Shown one piece after another: positions 6,784-15,112 of a DNA stretch of 20,000 nt. The notes beneath the pieces were generated by a model. The model was not told the origin of the DNA, searched no databases, and saw only the letters and a program-made list of their open reading frames with translations. Origin of the DNA: an uncultured virus (IMG/VR IMGVR_UViG_3300028835_002692) (Duplodnaviria; Heunggongvirae; Uroviricota; Caudoviricetes); IMG/VR virus record IMGVR_UViG_3300028835_002692. The stretch is one strand, 5' to 3'. Each line of letters starts with the position of its first letter. The stretch's first letter is position 1. The position numbers were made by a program, and so were the translations under genes.

Positions 6784-7044
6784 ATGGATCGGAAAACGTT
6801 TAATCTAGTAGATGTCACGCTGAGGTATGCGCCGACGGGGGAAAAGAATAACCCGTTCAAGGATGGCCGGGAGCTTACCTTAAGACTGCTCAAGGCCGGG
6901 GCGGCGATGGAGCAGCTTGATGAGGCGGTGGGGGTCGTCTGCCGTAAATTCACTCTCCGCCCCAAAGCGGTGCTTGACTGGTTTACCGCTAACCTGGAGA
7001 AGGAAACAGAGGAGCTGAAGCAATGTCAGAAGCCGAGGACATAG
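6784..7044 (+). CDS. hypothetical protein within PRTRC cassette
   Basis: ATG 4 nt after Ubl stop, in the frame of ORF 6673-7044. Confidence 0.6.
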   Translation: MDRKTFNLVDVTLRYAPTGEKNNPFKDGRELTLRLLKAGAAMEQLDEAVGVVCRKFTLRPKAVLDWFTANLEKETEELKQCQKPRT

Positions 7045-7268
7045 ACAAGGTAGTTAATGCTCTTCGGAAGGTACCAGAGAAAAGGCTGCTCATCATCGAA
7101 CTGGCCAACAGCATCCCTATTAAGAACGGCCTCCTGGACTTAAAAGTCATGTCAGATAAGCAACGGGAAATCAACCTTGCGATAGCTGAGGCTAAAGCCT
7201 ATGGAAGCCGTACCATCATGGCGGTGGATGCCCTGGTCAGGGTGAGGGGCAGGAAGGAGGTGGACTGA
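7023..7268 (+). CDS. hypothetical helical protein within PRTRC cassette
   Basis: RBS GAGGAG; TGATG coupling to next gene. Confidence 0.75.
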   Translation: MSEAEDIDKVVNALRKVPEKRLLIIELANSIPIKNGLLDLKVMSDKQREINLAIAEAKAYGSRTIMAVDALVRVRGRKEVD

Positions 7269-8710
7269 TGTGGGACCTCGATACGATTATTCAGCAAAAC
7301 AACCAGGCTGCCATCAATTACATGATGAGAGGGCGGGAAGTTGATATAGCTCAATCTCCACAGCCACAGGCTTGGTCGCTATCCTTGCTTGCCGAGAAGT
7401 TGAGGGTCGGCCCACCGCTTCTGTCTGCACTCCTGCAGAGCTTCACGAACTTTGATATTCTGGAGAATTTCCTGGGTTTAATCAGGGAGTTTCTCCCAGA
7501 ACACGAAGAAGAAATCTTGTCAGAAGCTGGAGGGCGACGTGTGTATAGGTTCTGTTATCTCTTTGGTAAGAGATATTTCCCGCTGCCTCCTTACGCCTTC
7601 GAGGCTGACTATGGGCAACTCGTGAACGGCATGCCGATAGAGCTTATGGCTATGTCCTACTCAGCGTACCATGACCTTGATATGAGGCAGGGATATCTCT
7701 TGCTGCTGTCACTCATAATCTACCCCTACGAAGGTGATGAAAGAGACATGGAAAATGATGACGTTCCTTTTGACCCCTTCAATCCCATGGCACGCTTCAA
7801 TATGGAAGCAAAACTCGAAGGAATAGCGAACGTCAAGGACAAGAAATCGGAGTGGCGCCCAAAACGCTCTGACATCGCCTGGGTAAAGAATCTGGTTTTG
7901 ACTCTGGACGATGGGGGTAAATGGATTGCCCCGATGGGGTTTACCTTCATCAAAATCGATGACCGTAATATCGAACTGAGACAGGCCGAGAATACGCCTG
8001 CAGTCCGGGAGACGGTACATCGAACCGTGTTAATCGCAGAAAAGGCCGGCCTCAAAGTTAAAGTTAAGGTCGGAGAAACGGCAGAAGAGAAACAGGGAAA
8101 GACACTTATGGAAGTCTTCAGTGGAGCCCGGGTGCCACTCCTCGACGCGGTGCAGCGGATTGTCGGTGAAGACCTGGCCAGGAGACTACCACGGGACGGC
8201 TGGGAGCCCTCTGAGTTGCACCTGATGACCGATGGGACACCGCATGACGGAGTGGGCCACTTCGCTGATTGGGCGTGTTCTGAAACAGGGTGTGTCATCA
8301 TGGATTCGAGCTATGAAGATTGTGAATTCATGGAAGGGATGGGAGAGCCGTTATTCAAATGGACGCAGTTTAATGTTGATACCCTGACCAAAGAATGGCC
8401 CAAGGTTCAGGAAATCTGGCAGAAAATAGACCATATGGTTGAATGGCTGGAAGCCGACCCGATAAGTCACTTCGGGGAGCTCCTGGAGTTTCTGACGGCA
8501 AAGGCCGCATCCAAACTGAAGAAAACCGCTAAAGCAAGGGGCAAGAGCTTCTACGACCCCACCGAGCATTGGTGCCCCTTAGACCAACAAGGCGAAATTG
8601 ATGAGGAGGAATACGATGGTGAAGACGAAGGTGGACTCGAGCTCGAAGAAGGTGAAACCCGACTCCGGCGAGCAACCAGAGACGACATCCAAGCCGCCCT
8701 CCAGTTTTAG
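7268..8710 (+). CDS. 480-aa protein in the position of PRTRC protein F
   Basis: RBS AAGGAGGTG; lies between the Ubl and E2-like genes; acidic C-tail. Family assignment is positional only. Confidence 0.7.
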   Translation: MWDLDTIIQQNNQAAINYMMRGREVDIAQSPQPQAWSLSLLAEKLRVGPPLLSALLQSFTNFDILENFLGLIREFLPEHEEEILSEAGGRRVYRFCYLFGKRYFPLPPYAFEADYGQLVNGMPIELMAMSYSAYHDLDMRQGYLLLLSLIIYPYEGDERDMENDDVPFDPFNPMARFNMEAKLEGIANVKDKKSEWRPKRSDIAWVKNLVLTLDDGGKWIAPMGFTFIKIDDRNIELRQAENTPAVRETVHRTVLIAEKAGLKVKVKVGETAEEKQGKTLMEVFSGARVPLLDAVQRIVGEDLARRLPRDGWEPSELHLMTDGTPHDGVGHFADWACSETGCVIMDSSYEDCEFMEGMGEPLFKWTQFNVDTLTKEWPKVQEIWQKIDHMVEWLEADPISHFGELLEFLTAKAASKLKKTAKARGKSFYDPTEHWCPLDQQGEIDEEEYDGEDEGGLELEEGETRLRRATRDDIQAALQF

Positions 8711-9374
8711 ATGGGCGGTACCGGAAGAGTTGGGCATCCCACCTGACGCGCTGAGACTGAGGCTGGACTTTCACCACCAGGCGGTGGAGATGACCTTCTT
8801 TGAGGGAGATATCGCAACCAGCAAGCCCGTCTCGGCTATGGACGTAGCGCATGCCCTGGCCAGCGAGCTGTCGTTTGGCTCCGGGCTATTACCGCCTGGG
8901 TCTATCTGGTGGCGAAACACGAGGAGTGGGACTGTGGTCGCGCTCTACGTCGAGAAACACATCAGGCAACTGGCGCTGCAGACGGATATTAAGAAACCGC
9001 CCCGTCGGTACAAGGTACCGATGCCCGGGCTCATCTTTCTCTGCCGGCCTGGGATAGCACCCTGGGTCTTTGCGGTGAAGAGGAAGCCGACGAAGGAGAC
9101 GGATATCGTCTATCGGGCTCCGCTGGCCAACATCCATGCCAACGGCCGATCCTGTGCGGGCACCCATAAATATCCCACCCGCCTCGAGGACATGGTTCAG
9201 TCCTTCTTCACCTCATTCTTCAGCGCGACGGCTGACCTGCATAATCGGTCAAAGCAATTCCCTGGGAATGTGATTCACCTGTGGGAGTTCCTGAACGACA
9301 AGAAGAAGTACCCGCTGGCGGATCTGGTCGAACATGGCACAATAAGTGACCTTATGGATATGGAGATGGACTGA
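8616..9374 (+). CDS. Prokaryotic E2 family D protein (PRTRC system protein B)
   Basis: RBS GAGGAGG 8603-9 then ATG 8616. GLLPPG, VPMPGLIF, VFAVKRKP, YRAPLANIHANGRSCAG (Cys at 9153), FFTSFFS. Confidence 0.88.
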   Translation: MVKTKVDSSSKKVKPDSGEQPETTSKPPSSFRWAVPEELGIPPDALRLRLDFHHQAVEMTFFEGDIATSKPVSAMDVAHALASELSFGSGLLPPGSIWWRNTRSGTVVALYVEKHIRQLALQTDIKKPPRRYKVPMPGLIFLCRPGIAPWVFAVKRKPTKETDIVYRAPLANIHANGRSCAGTHKYPTRLEDMVQSFFTSFFSATADLHNRSKQFPGNVIHLWEFLNDKKKYPLADLVEHGTISDLMDMEMD

Positions 9375-10105
9375 TGAATATGGTCGGATATCTGACGCAG
9401 CACCCCGACGGGCTGAAGGGTGAACGGGGACTGTACTACGACTATGTCCTGGCGTCCAACGGCCTCTTCATCGAGGCCGAGGGAAAGCGGATGGCAGCCC
9501 GGGTACCCGTCGCTGGGTGCGAGGTTAGGGGACTGGCGCCGCTAGAGCCAAAGTTTGTCCTGCGCTATGGCCGCATCCCGCAGCGTTTCTTCGACCTGGC
9601 GCTGAGTACGTTCCTGGTAGATACGAGCAAGGAGCGGTACGTGGCGGTGACCTGGCAAGATGGCTACCACCTGTACGTTCCGGAGCAGGAGACCGAGGAA
9701 GCCAAGGTCGAGTACCAGGTGGGAGATAGCATCGCCCTGGAGCTCCACTCCCACGGCAAGATGTCGGCCATGTTCAGCACGAAGGATAATAAGGACGAGA
9801 CTGGGATGAAGCTCTACGGAGTCGTCGGAAAGCTCGACGGAACCCCGGTCGTTCAACTGCGGGTTGGGGTCTATGGCTACTTTCACCCCGTACCTTGGGT
9901 TGACGTTTTCGACGGTTATCTGATGGGAGCCGAGGATTGGTTAGAGACCTCTCTTTTAGGCATAGAAGAGAAGGAGGTGATAGACGACGATGAGTTATAC
10001 AGTGTGCTTGTCGGACAGCCTGGGAGCCCCGAAAATCGTGGTGGTTGGCTGCGGCGGCACTGGTGGTTTTGTCGTCGAGGGTCTGTGCCGGCTATTGATG
10101 TATAG
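9374..10105 (+). CDS. JAB/JAMM metallopeptidase (PRTRC system protein A)
   Basis: YVLASNGLF N-terminus; upstream Glu in KERY; JAMM motif ELHSHGKMSAMFSTKDNKDE (HSH at 9746-9754); LYGVVGKLD...LRVGVYGYF. Confidence 0.92.
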   Translation: MNMVGYLTQHPDGLKGERGLYYDYVLASNGLFIEAEGKRMAARVPVAGCEVRGLAPLEPKFVLRYGRIPQRFFDLALSTFLVDTSKERYVAVTWQDGYHLYVPEQETEEAKVEYQVGDSIALELHSHGKMSAMFSTKDNKDETGMKLYGVVGKLDGTPVVQLRVGVYGYFHPVPWVDVFDGYLMGAEDWLETSLLGIEEKEVIDDDELYSVLVGQPGSPENRGGWLRRHWWFCRRGSVPAIDV

Positions 10106-10850
10106 CGACCTGGACATTCTCCTGGTCGACCATGACCGTGTGGAGCCCCACAACCTGTGGAGGCAGAACTTTTTTGAGGGAGACGTGGGCAAGTTCAAGT
10201 CCCAGGCCCTCGCCGAGCGCATGGCACGGCAGTATGGTCGTCCGGTAGGCTACAGTGTCTATCCCTATGACCGCGACCAGCTCAATGAGGCTTCCGGGAT
10301 TGGGATGCGCATGGTAAAGGGCATCATCATCGGCTGCGTCGACAATGCTGGCGCCAGGCGGAGCATCGCCGAAAGTATTTCATGGGGGGACTGGTGGCTG
10401 GATGCGGGAAACGGGCATCAATCCGGCCAGGTCCTCATCGGCAATACCAAGAGTGTAGAAAATCTTGAGGAGGCGTTTGACGAAACGGGGCAGACGGTTG
10501 ACCATCTGCCGCTGCCGTCTCTCCAGCTCCCCTCGCTCCTGCACCAGCCAACTAAGCCCGTAACACGGCGGCAGGACTGCGCCGAAGCGGTGGAAGATGA
10601 GGAACAAAGTCCGACGATAAATCAGACGATGGCAACTCTGGTTATAGAGTTTATGTATCGTCTCCTGAAAGGCACACTGACCTGGATGGGGGCTTACATA
10701 GACATGGAGGCGGGAACACTCACGACCGTACCGGCTGAACCCGAGACGGTCGCCAGGATGTTCGGGGTAAAGGTCGATACCCTATGCAGCCATGAGGAGG
10801 GCTGCCATATAGGTGGCAGACGTCAAATGCAGGGAAGAAGGCGAAGGTGA
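9990..10850 (+). CDS. ThiF/E1-like ubiquitin-activating enzyme (PRTRC ThiF family)
   Basis: VVGCGGTGG; LVDHDRVEPHNLWRQNF; GKFKS; GCVDN..ARR; WLDAGN...GQV; DCAEA (Cys at 10578); RBS AAGGAGGTG. Confidence 0.95.
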   Translation: MSYTVCLSDSLGAPKIVVVGCGGTGGFVVEGLCRLLMYSDLDILLVDHDRVEPHNLWRQNFFEGDVGKFKSQALAERMARQYGRPVGYSVYPYDRDQLNEASGIGMRMVKGIIIGCVDNAGARRSIAESISWGDWWLDAGNGHQSGQVLIGNTKSVENLEEAFDETGQTVDHLPLPSLQLPSLLHQPTKPVTRRQDCAEAVEDEEQSPTINQTMATLVIEFMYRLLKGTLTWMGAYIDMEAGTLTTVPAEPETVARMFGVKVDTLCSHEEGCHIGGRRQMQGRRRR

Positions 10851-10928
10851 CGTGCCAACGGAAAAACAGCGTGTCAAATCCGGGACAGTCAAATAAGACG
10901 CCGGAAATCTAAAAAGAAGGAGGGAGTC

Positions 10929-11633
10929 ATGGCAAACAGAAAACTGGTTATGGAGGAGCATGATGGGAGCGTGCTGGTAGGCGTCATGCAGGAAGGCTGC
11001 GACCCGGTGGTTAAAACTATCGAGGGTAGCCTGAATGATGCCCTAAACCAGGTACCCCAATTCTTGACCGAAGCTCAGGAGAAGTGGGCGGTTCAGCCAA
11101 AGTACCCGGCCCACACCCCGCCGGCACCAACACCGAAGCCAGTAACCACCCCGGCAGCGACACCAGCTCAGCCACAGACGGCGGAGAAATTACCGTTGCT
11201 GGCAGGAGCGGAGCAGGCTGCGCCAGCGGAGGAGAAGGTAGACGAAGCGAAGGTGGAAGCTACCGAGGCCCCAGCCGCGCCGGCACAAATCGAGCCTGAG
11301 GCAGAGGGTCCACCGGCAGCGCTCGTACATGCTACGCCTAGAGAGGACGCATCTGAGGAGGATAAGGCTAAAGACATCACTGCGATGCAGGAAGACGTGA
11401 GCCAGAGAATCACCGAGGCACCAGCACCCCAGCCATCGGCACCGACGCCCAGTACCCCGGCAAAGCCTGGCGAGTGGAATTACTACCTGCAGGATGGACG
11501 CGGCCCGTTTGAGTCCGTTCAGGCTGCCATGGATGAGCTGGGTCTGGACAAGGCTGCTCGGCCTCAGCATAACCGGTGGGATCGTCTCTCTACAGAGCTG
11601 AAAGAGAAGATTCAGCGCCGACCGAAATCATAG
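10929..11633 (+). CDS. Two-domain protein with long Pro/Ala/Glu linker (possible PRTRC protein E counterpart)
   Basis: RBS AAGGAGG. About 60-aa N-domain, low-complexity linker, about 50-aa C-domain. Directly follows ThiF. Confidence 0.7.
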   Translation: MANRKLVMEEHDGSVLVGVMQEGCDPVVKTIEGSLNDALNQVPQFLTEAQEKWAVQPKYPAHTPPAPTPKPVTTPAATPAQPQTAEKLPLLAGAEQAAPAEEKVDEAKVEATEAPAAPAQIEPEAEGPPAALVHATPREDASEEDKAKDITAMQEDVSQRITEAPAPQPSAPTPSTPAKPGEWNYYLQDGRGPFESVQAAMDELGLDKAARPQHNRWDRLSTELKEKIQRRPKS

Positions 11634-11643
11634 GGAGGTGACC

Positions 11644-11982
11644 ATGCTTGATGAAGAGACTAGGGCTCGGCTGGTAGCCCTGGGGAGAAAGCTAAAACAG
11701 CGAAGGCGGGAGAGAGAGATGACGCTTCAGGCTCTTAGCAAGGCTTCTGGGGTGCATACTTCATACCTGGGAAGAATTGAGAGAGCTCAGCGTCGTCCCT
11801 CTGCTCCTGTCCTGCGCCAGATAGCCGGGCCTCTAGGGTTCACGGAGGTTGAGCTCCTGAAGACGGTTGGCTACCTCTCACCTGACAGGACTGATGATAG
11901 GCTTGTCAAGTTCAAGGAGTCCATGAAGGGTGAGATAAAGGTGGCGATGGCTAACCTGATGGAGAAAGTCGATACTCTGTAA
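11644..11982 (+). CDS. XRE-family HTH transcriptional regulator
   Basis: LGRKLKQRRREREMTLQALSKASGVHTSYLGRIERAQRRPS; RBS GGAGG before ATG 11644. Confidence 0.92.
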   Translation: MLDEETRARLVALGRKLKQRRREREMTLQALSKASGVHTSYLGRIERAQRRPSAPVLRQIAGPLGFTEVELLKTVGYLSPDRTDDRLVKFKESMKGEIKVAMANLMEKVDTL

Positions 11983-11992
11983 GAGGTGAGCG

Positions 11993-12304
11993 ATGTGCAA
12001 GGTTAAGGTACCTCAAGAGGATGCTGACCACATCCTGGCCGTCGGGCATAAGGTGACATACCAGGGTAAGGAGTGCGTTATCACCAGCATCCGGGTGTGG
12101 CATGATATGGGGACACTTCTAGGTCGTCCGTTTCGCGGCAAGCCCGTCTTCGACCTGAAAGGTGATGGCTGGACTGCCATGAATATCCCGATAGACGAAC
12201 TAGATCTCTGGTTTCCGCCAGTAGTGCCTCCAGAGGGGGTGAAGAGCGATGATAAAGGACGCAAGCGGACTAAGCAAGGTAGGACTGGCCCTGCTACGAA
12301 ATAA
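11993..12304 (+). CDS. hypothetical protein
   Basis: RBS GAGGTG. Confidence 0.65.
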   Translation: MCKVKVPQEDADHILAVGHKVTYQGKECVITSIRVWHDMGTLLGRPFRGKPVFDLKGDGWTAMNIPIDELDLWFPPVVPPEGVKSDDKGRKRTKQGRTGPATK

Positions 12305-12539
12305 TCTGGATAAACTGGCCCCGGCCAAGAGCATTGAATTGAAGATCCGGGGCGAGCAACAGATAGTCATTGTAACGGGGCCGATGGACAGCTTCGAGAG
12401 TTGCTCATTCGGATGGGGTAGAGCCGATGAGCGCACCACTTCTCTCGCTAAAGCTGCCGCTGCCCTGGGGTGGCCACTACCCGTTGAGACGTTCCAGGAT
12501 TTCCCAGCCAGCGAGGACCACCTCATAAAGAAGTGGTAA
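12249..12539 (+). CDS. hypothetical protein
   Basis: G-rich RBS; fills the gap before the ispH leader. Confidence 0.6.
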   Translation: MIKDASGLSKVGLALLRNNLDKLAPAKSIELKIRGEQQIVIVTGPMDSFESCSFGWGRADERTTSLAKAAAALGWPLPVETFQDFPASEDHLIKKW

Positions 12540-12548
12540 ATTTAACAT

Positions 12549-12616
12549 GGGAGAGGATAAGGGATCAGTTCTGCAAAAGGTCTATCCCCCTTTCGTAGGT
12601 CACCCTTGCCTCTCCC
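12549..12616 (+). other. Intergenic stem-loop upstream of ispH
   Basis: GGGAGAGG 12549-56 pairs with CCTCTCCC 12609-16; TAAGGG 12558-63 pairs with CCCTTG 12603-08. Confidence 0.5.
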
Positions 12617-12637
12617 GCCATAGAAAGGAGCATCAAT

Positions 12638-13567
12638 GTGCTAAGAGTAAGAACGGCAGGACCGCTGGGCTACTGCTTCGGCGTCTCCCAGGCCATTGAG
12701 AAGGCCATTAAATATGCGGAAGAGCATGGGAAAGTCTATAGCTGGGGTACACTTGCTCACAATGAAGATGTTGTAGACCTGCTACGTCGGCATGGGGTGG
12801 AGCCTATCAAAGCAGAAGATATGGGTTCCGTGTCGCATGTCGCTATAACCGCCCATGGAGCCCCACCTGAACTCTATAAGAGGTTCGAGGATGCAGGCTT
12901 GCATATACTTGACTGCACCTGTCCCATCGTTCGGAAAGCCCAGAAGGTGGTAAGCCAGCAGCTGGACGGCTTCGACATCGTCATATTCGGGGACCGAGAC
13001 CATCAGGAGGTCATCGGCCTTAATGGGTGGGCAAAGGGCGCCAAGTTCGTCGGCAACTTCAACGACCTGTTTACACCGGGACAAGACTTCAAGGAACTGA
13101 AGCTGAGTAGAAAGGTCGGGATTATCAGCCAGACTACAAAGATACACTCCCAGTTCGCGGACTTCGTGACAACCCTGGTCAACCGCAACATTGAACGGCT
13201 GAACGAGGTCAGGATACTCAACACCATCTGCCCGATAGTGGCAGCCCGGGTCAATGAGACCCGAAAGTTATCTCAGGACGTGGATATGATGTTCGTGGTC
13301 GGCTCTCAGGAGTCGGCAAACACCAAGAACCTGGCTGATGTCTCCAGACCATGGGTAAGCTCCCAGTTCGTCTACATCGTCCAGGACACAGACCAGATAG
13401 GGCATGCCCTGAGCGACTGGTATGTGGAAAACGAGATGGCTTTCCCGAGAGTCGGTGTCACCGCGGGTACCTCAACACCGATAGAGGTGGTGAAGGAAGT
13501 GGTTAATAAGCTGAAGGAGCTGCTGTATGAACGTGAAAGTGGTGATCAATGTCAAGGAGACGAGTAA
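12638..13567 (+). CDS. ispH: 4-hydroxy-3-methylbut-2-enyl diphosphate reductase (IspH/LytB)
   Basis: GYCFGV, AHN, TAHG, DCTCPIV, GDRDHQEV, SQTT, NTIC, SANT, GVTAGTSTP. The three Fe-S Cys and the catalytic His/Glu/Thr/Ser/Asn positions are present. RBS AAAGGAG, GTG start. Confidence 0.95.
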   Translation: MLRVRTAGPLGYCFGVSQAIEKAIKYAEEHGKVYSWGTLAHNEDVVDLLRRHGVEPIKAEDMGSVSHVAITAHGAPPELYKRFEDAGLHILDCTCPIVRKAQKVVSQQLDGFDIVIFGDRDHQEVIGLNGWAKGAKFVGNFNDLFTPGQDFKELKLSRKVGIISQTTKIHSQFADFVTTLVNRNIERLNEVRILNTICPIVAARVNETRKLSQDVDMMFVVGSQESANTKNLADVSRPWVSSQFVYIVQDTDQIGHALSDWYVENEMAFPRVGVTAGTSTPIEVVKEVVNKLKELLYERESGDQCQGDE

Positions 13568-13907
13568 AGAGGATATTAAAACCCTCGTCCAGATGATTAG
13601 AGAATGGGAGCTGAAAACTCCCCAGGCCACTATCTGCGGTGTTCTGTTTGACACTGACCCGGAGATAACCAGTGAGGAGGCAAAGCAAATCTTCGAGGGG
13701 ATATTCACCGAGTTTGAACATCTGGTGGAGATACCACCGGCTAGAGCCCCGCTGTTACGCCTGGGTGCCCGGGGCATCACAGTCGAAGGTAAGCTCGTGG
13801 GCACCTGTGACGAGCTCACCCTGAGCATTGATGAGGCTAGTGAGGAGGATATTAAAAGACTACAGGATGCACAGGCTATTGCGCTCGTCCGTATTCAGAA
13901 GGGCTAG
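13527..13907 (+). CDS. hypothetical protein (N-domain paralogous to 14099-14332)
   Basis: RBS AAGGAG within the ispH 3' end; similarity to the downstream ORF. Confidence 0.75.
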   Translation: MNVKVVINVKETSKEDIKTLVQMIREWELKTPQATICGVLFDTDPEITSEEAKQIFEGIFTEFEHLVEIPPARAPLLRLGARGITVEGKLVGTCDELTLSIDEASEEDIKRLQDAQAIALVRIQKG

Positions 13908-13909
13908 GC

Positions 13910-14092
13910 ATGAAGCTGCGAGTGAAGAGGAAAAACGGCCGGATTATAGCCGTTACCCTTGTCTCGGAGGACCAAGCCGATAATGAAGTCCTGGAAGCTC
14001 TCTTCCATTACGATGTATCGAGGGAGAGGCTAATCTACCGAGCAGGTAAGGCGATACTGCAGGCCAAGGTGAGTGAGTTCAGAAGGAGGTGA
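13910..14092 (+). CDS. hypothetical protein
   Basis: Tight packing with neighbours. Confidence 0.6.
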   Translation: MKLRVKRKNGRIIAVTLVSEDQADNEVLEALFHYDVSRERLIYRAGKAILQAKVSEFRRR

Positions 14093-14098
14093 TGAGAA

Positions 14099-14332
14099 TT
14101 GAAGGTTATTTTCTCCATTACCAGCTACCAGTTAACTAAGGAAGACATCCGGGCCTTACTACAGGCTATCCGTGACTGTGAGATGGCTACTTTCCCTCAG
14201 AAGGAAATCTACGTCTCCGCTGAAGCGCCGGACATGACCTCGGAAGATATGACGGATATCCTGACGAGCATAAAGCCACCGTATGATTACGGCCCGGTGA
14301 TATTTAAATTCAGAGACAAGGAGAAGCCATGA
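14099..14332 (+). CDS. hypothetical protein (paralog of 13527 N-domain)
   Basis: RBS AAGGAGGTG, TTG start; KEDIRALLQAIRDCEMATFPQ. Confidence 0.75.
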   Translation: MKVIFSITSYQLTKEDIRALLQAIRDCEMATFPQKEIYVSAEAPDMTSEDMTDILTSIKPPYDYGPVIFKFRDKEKP

Positions 14333-14595
14333 GAGAAGTGGAAAAAGAGGCACTAATCCAAGAGGGGCGCAACCAGGTTCTCTACCTCCTTCTTTGCCTC
14401 GGTGATGAGAACGTGGCCCATGATAACTGGCGCCCGGATCGGGCTACGATTCTTGTCGGGGCGAGGCAGGAAATCGTGGTGAGACTAAAACACCCCAGAC
14501 CCGATGGGGTTATGAACACCGTCTGGCCACGGTTAAAAGCCGATGGGACTAGAGACTGGCCAAACTTTGCGGAATACACCTGCTGCCCGGGGTGA
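14329..14595 (+). CDS. hypothetical protein
   Basis: RBS AAGGAG; ATGA overlap. Confidence 0.7.
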   Translation: MREVEKEALIQEGRNQVLYLLLCLGDENVAHDNWRPDRATILVGARQEIVVRLKHPRPDGVMNTVWPRLKADGTRDWPNFAEYTCCPG

Positions 14596-14616
14596 AAGAT
14601 GAAGGAGGGAAATCAT

Positions 14617-14844
14617 ATGTCAAAGCTAAAGAGAGCAAGAACGCTGATGGCTATAATCCTGATATCCGTCTGTGGCTGGGTAGCTGTGGTCGGATTGGTG
14701 ATTAAGCCAAACATCTGGGTCGGCGCAGCCCTGTCTATTATCGGTGGTGTTGCCATCGGAGGAGTCGTAGCTTACCTGATAAAAAGGTGGTGGTTCAAGG
14801 GAACCCTGGCCAACAGGATGCTTAAAGTCTTGAAGGAGAAGTGA
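14617..14844 (+). CDS. small two-TM membrane protein
   Basis: RBS AAGGAGG then ATG 14617; two hydrophobic segments with basic termini. Confidence 0.7.
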   Translation: MSKLKRARTLMAIILISVCGWVAVVGLVIKPNIWVGAALSIIGGVAIGGVVAYLIKRWWFKGTLANRMLKVLKEK

Positions 14845-14845
14845 G

Positions 14846-15112
14846 GTGATCCTTAACAAGCAGCGCTTAGCGGAGCCTCCAATCTACCCCTGCTACAAAG
14901 GCGAAGGGCTATGTGACATGAGAATCGTGGAGACCGATAAATTCCAGTGTGTCTATGACGCAGGGACGTGCCTCCACAGAAAGGTTATCAAGGCAAAATC
15001 TGAGGAGGGTGAGACCTCTAAACTCTGGGATAGTCTGGGTAGGAGAAAGGAGAAAAGCAATGCCACGGTGCCCAGTGTGCAGAGAGAAGGAGACTATGCA
15101 AGTCCAACCTGA
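14846..15112 (+). CDS. hypothetical Cys-containing protein
   Basis: RBS AAGGAG; four spaced Cys. Confidence 0.55.
   Translation: MILNKQRLAEPPIYPCYKGEGLCDMRIVETDKFQCVYDAGTCLHRKVIKAKSEEGETSKLWDSLGRRKEKSNATVPSVQREGDYASPT

Noticed and set aside
9990..10850. ThiF/MoeB for thiamine or molybdopterin biosynthesis
   Set aside because: No thiS/thiG/moa genes; E2-D, JAB and PRTRC-type Ubl neighbours; lacks the MoeB CxxC Zn pairs.
10873..10894. GTCAAAT direct repeat in the gap after ThiF
   Set aside because: Only two 7-mers; too weak to call an operator.
14617..14844. Holin call for the two-TM protein
   Set aside because: No endolysin or late genes nearby; topology alone is insufficient.
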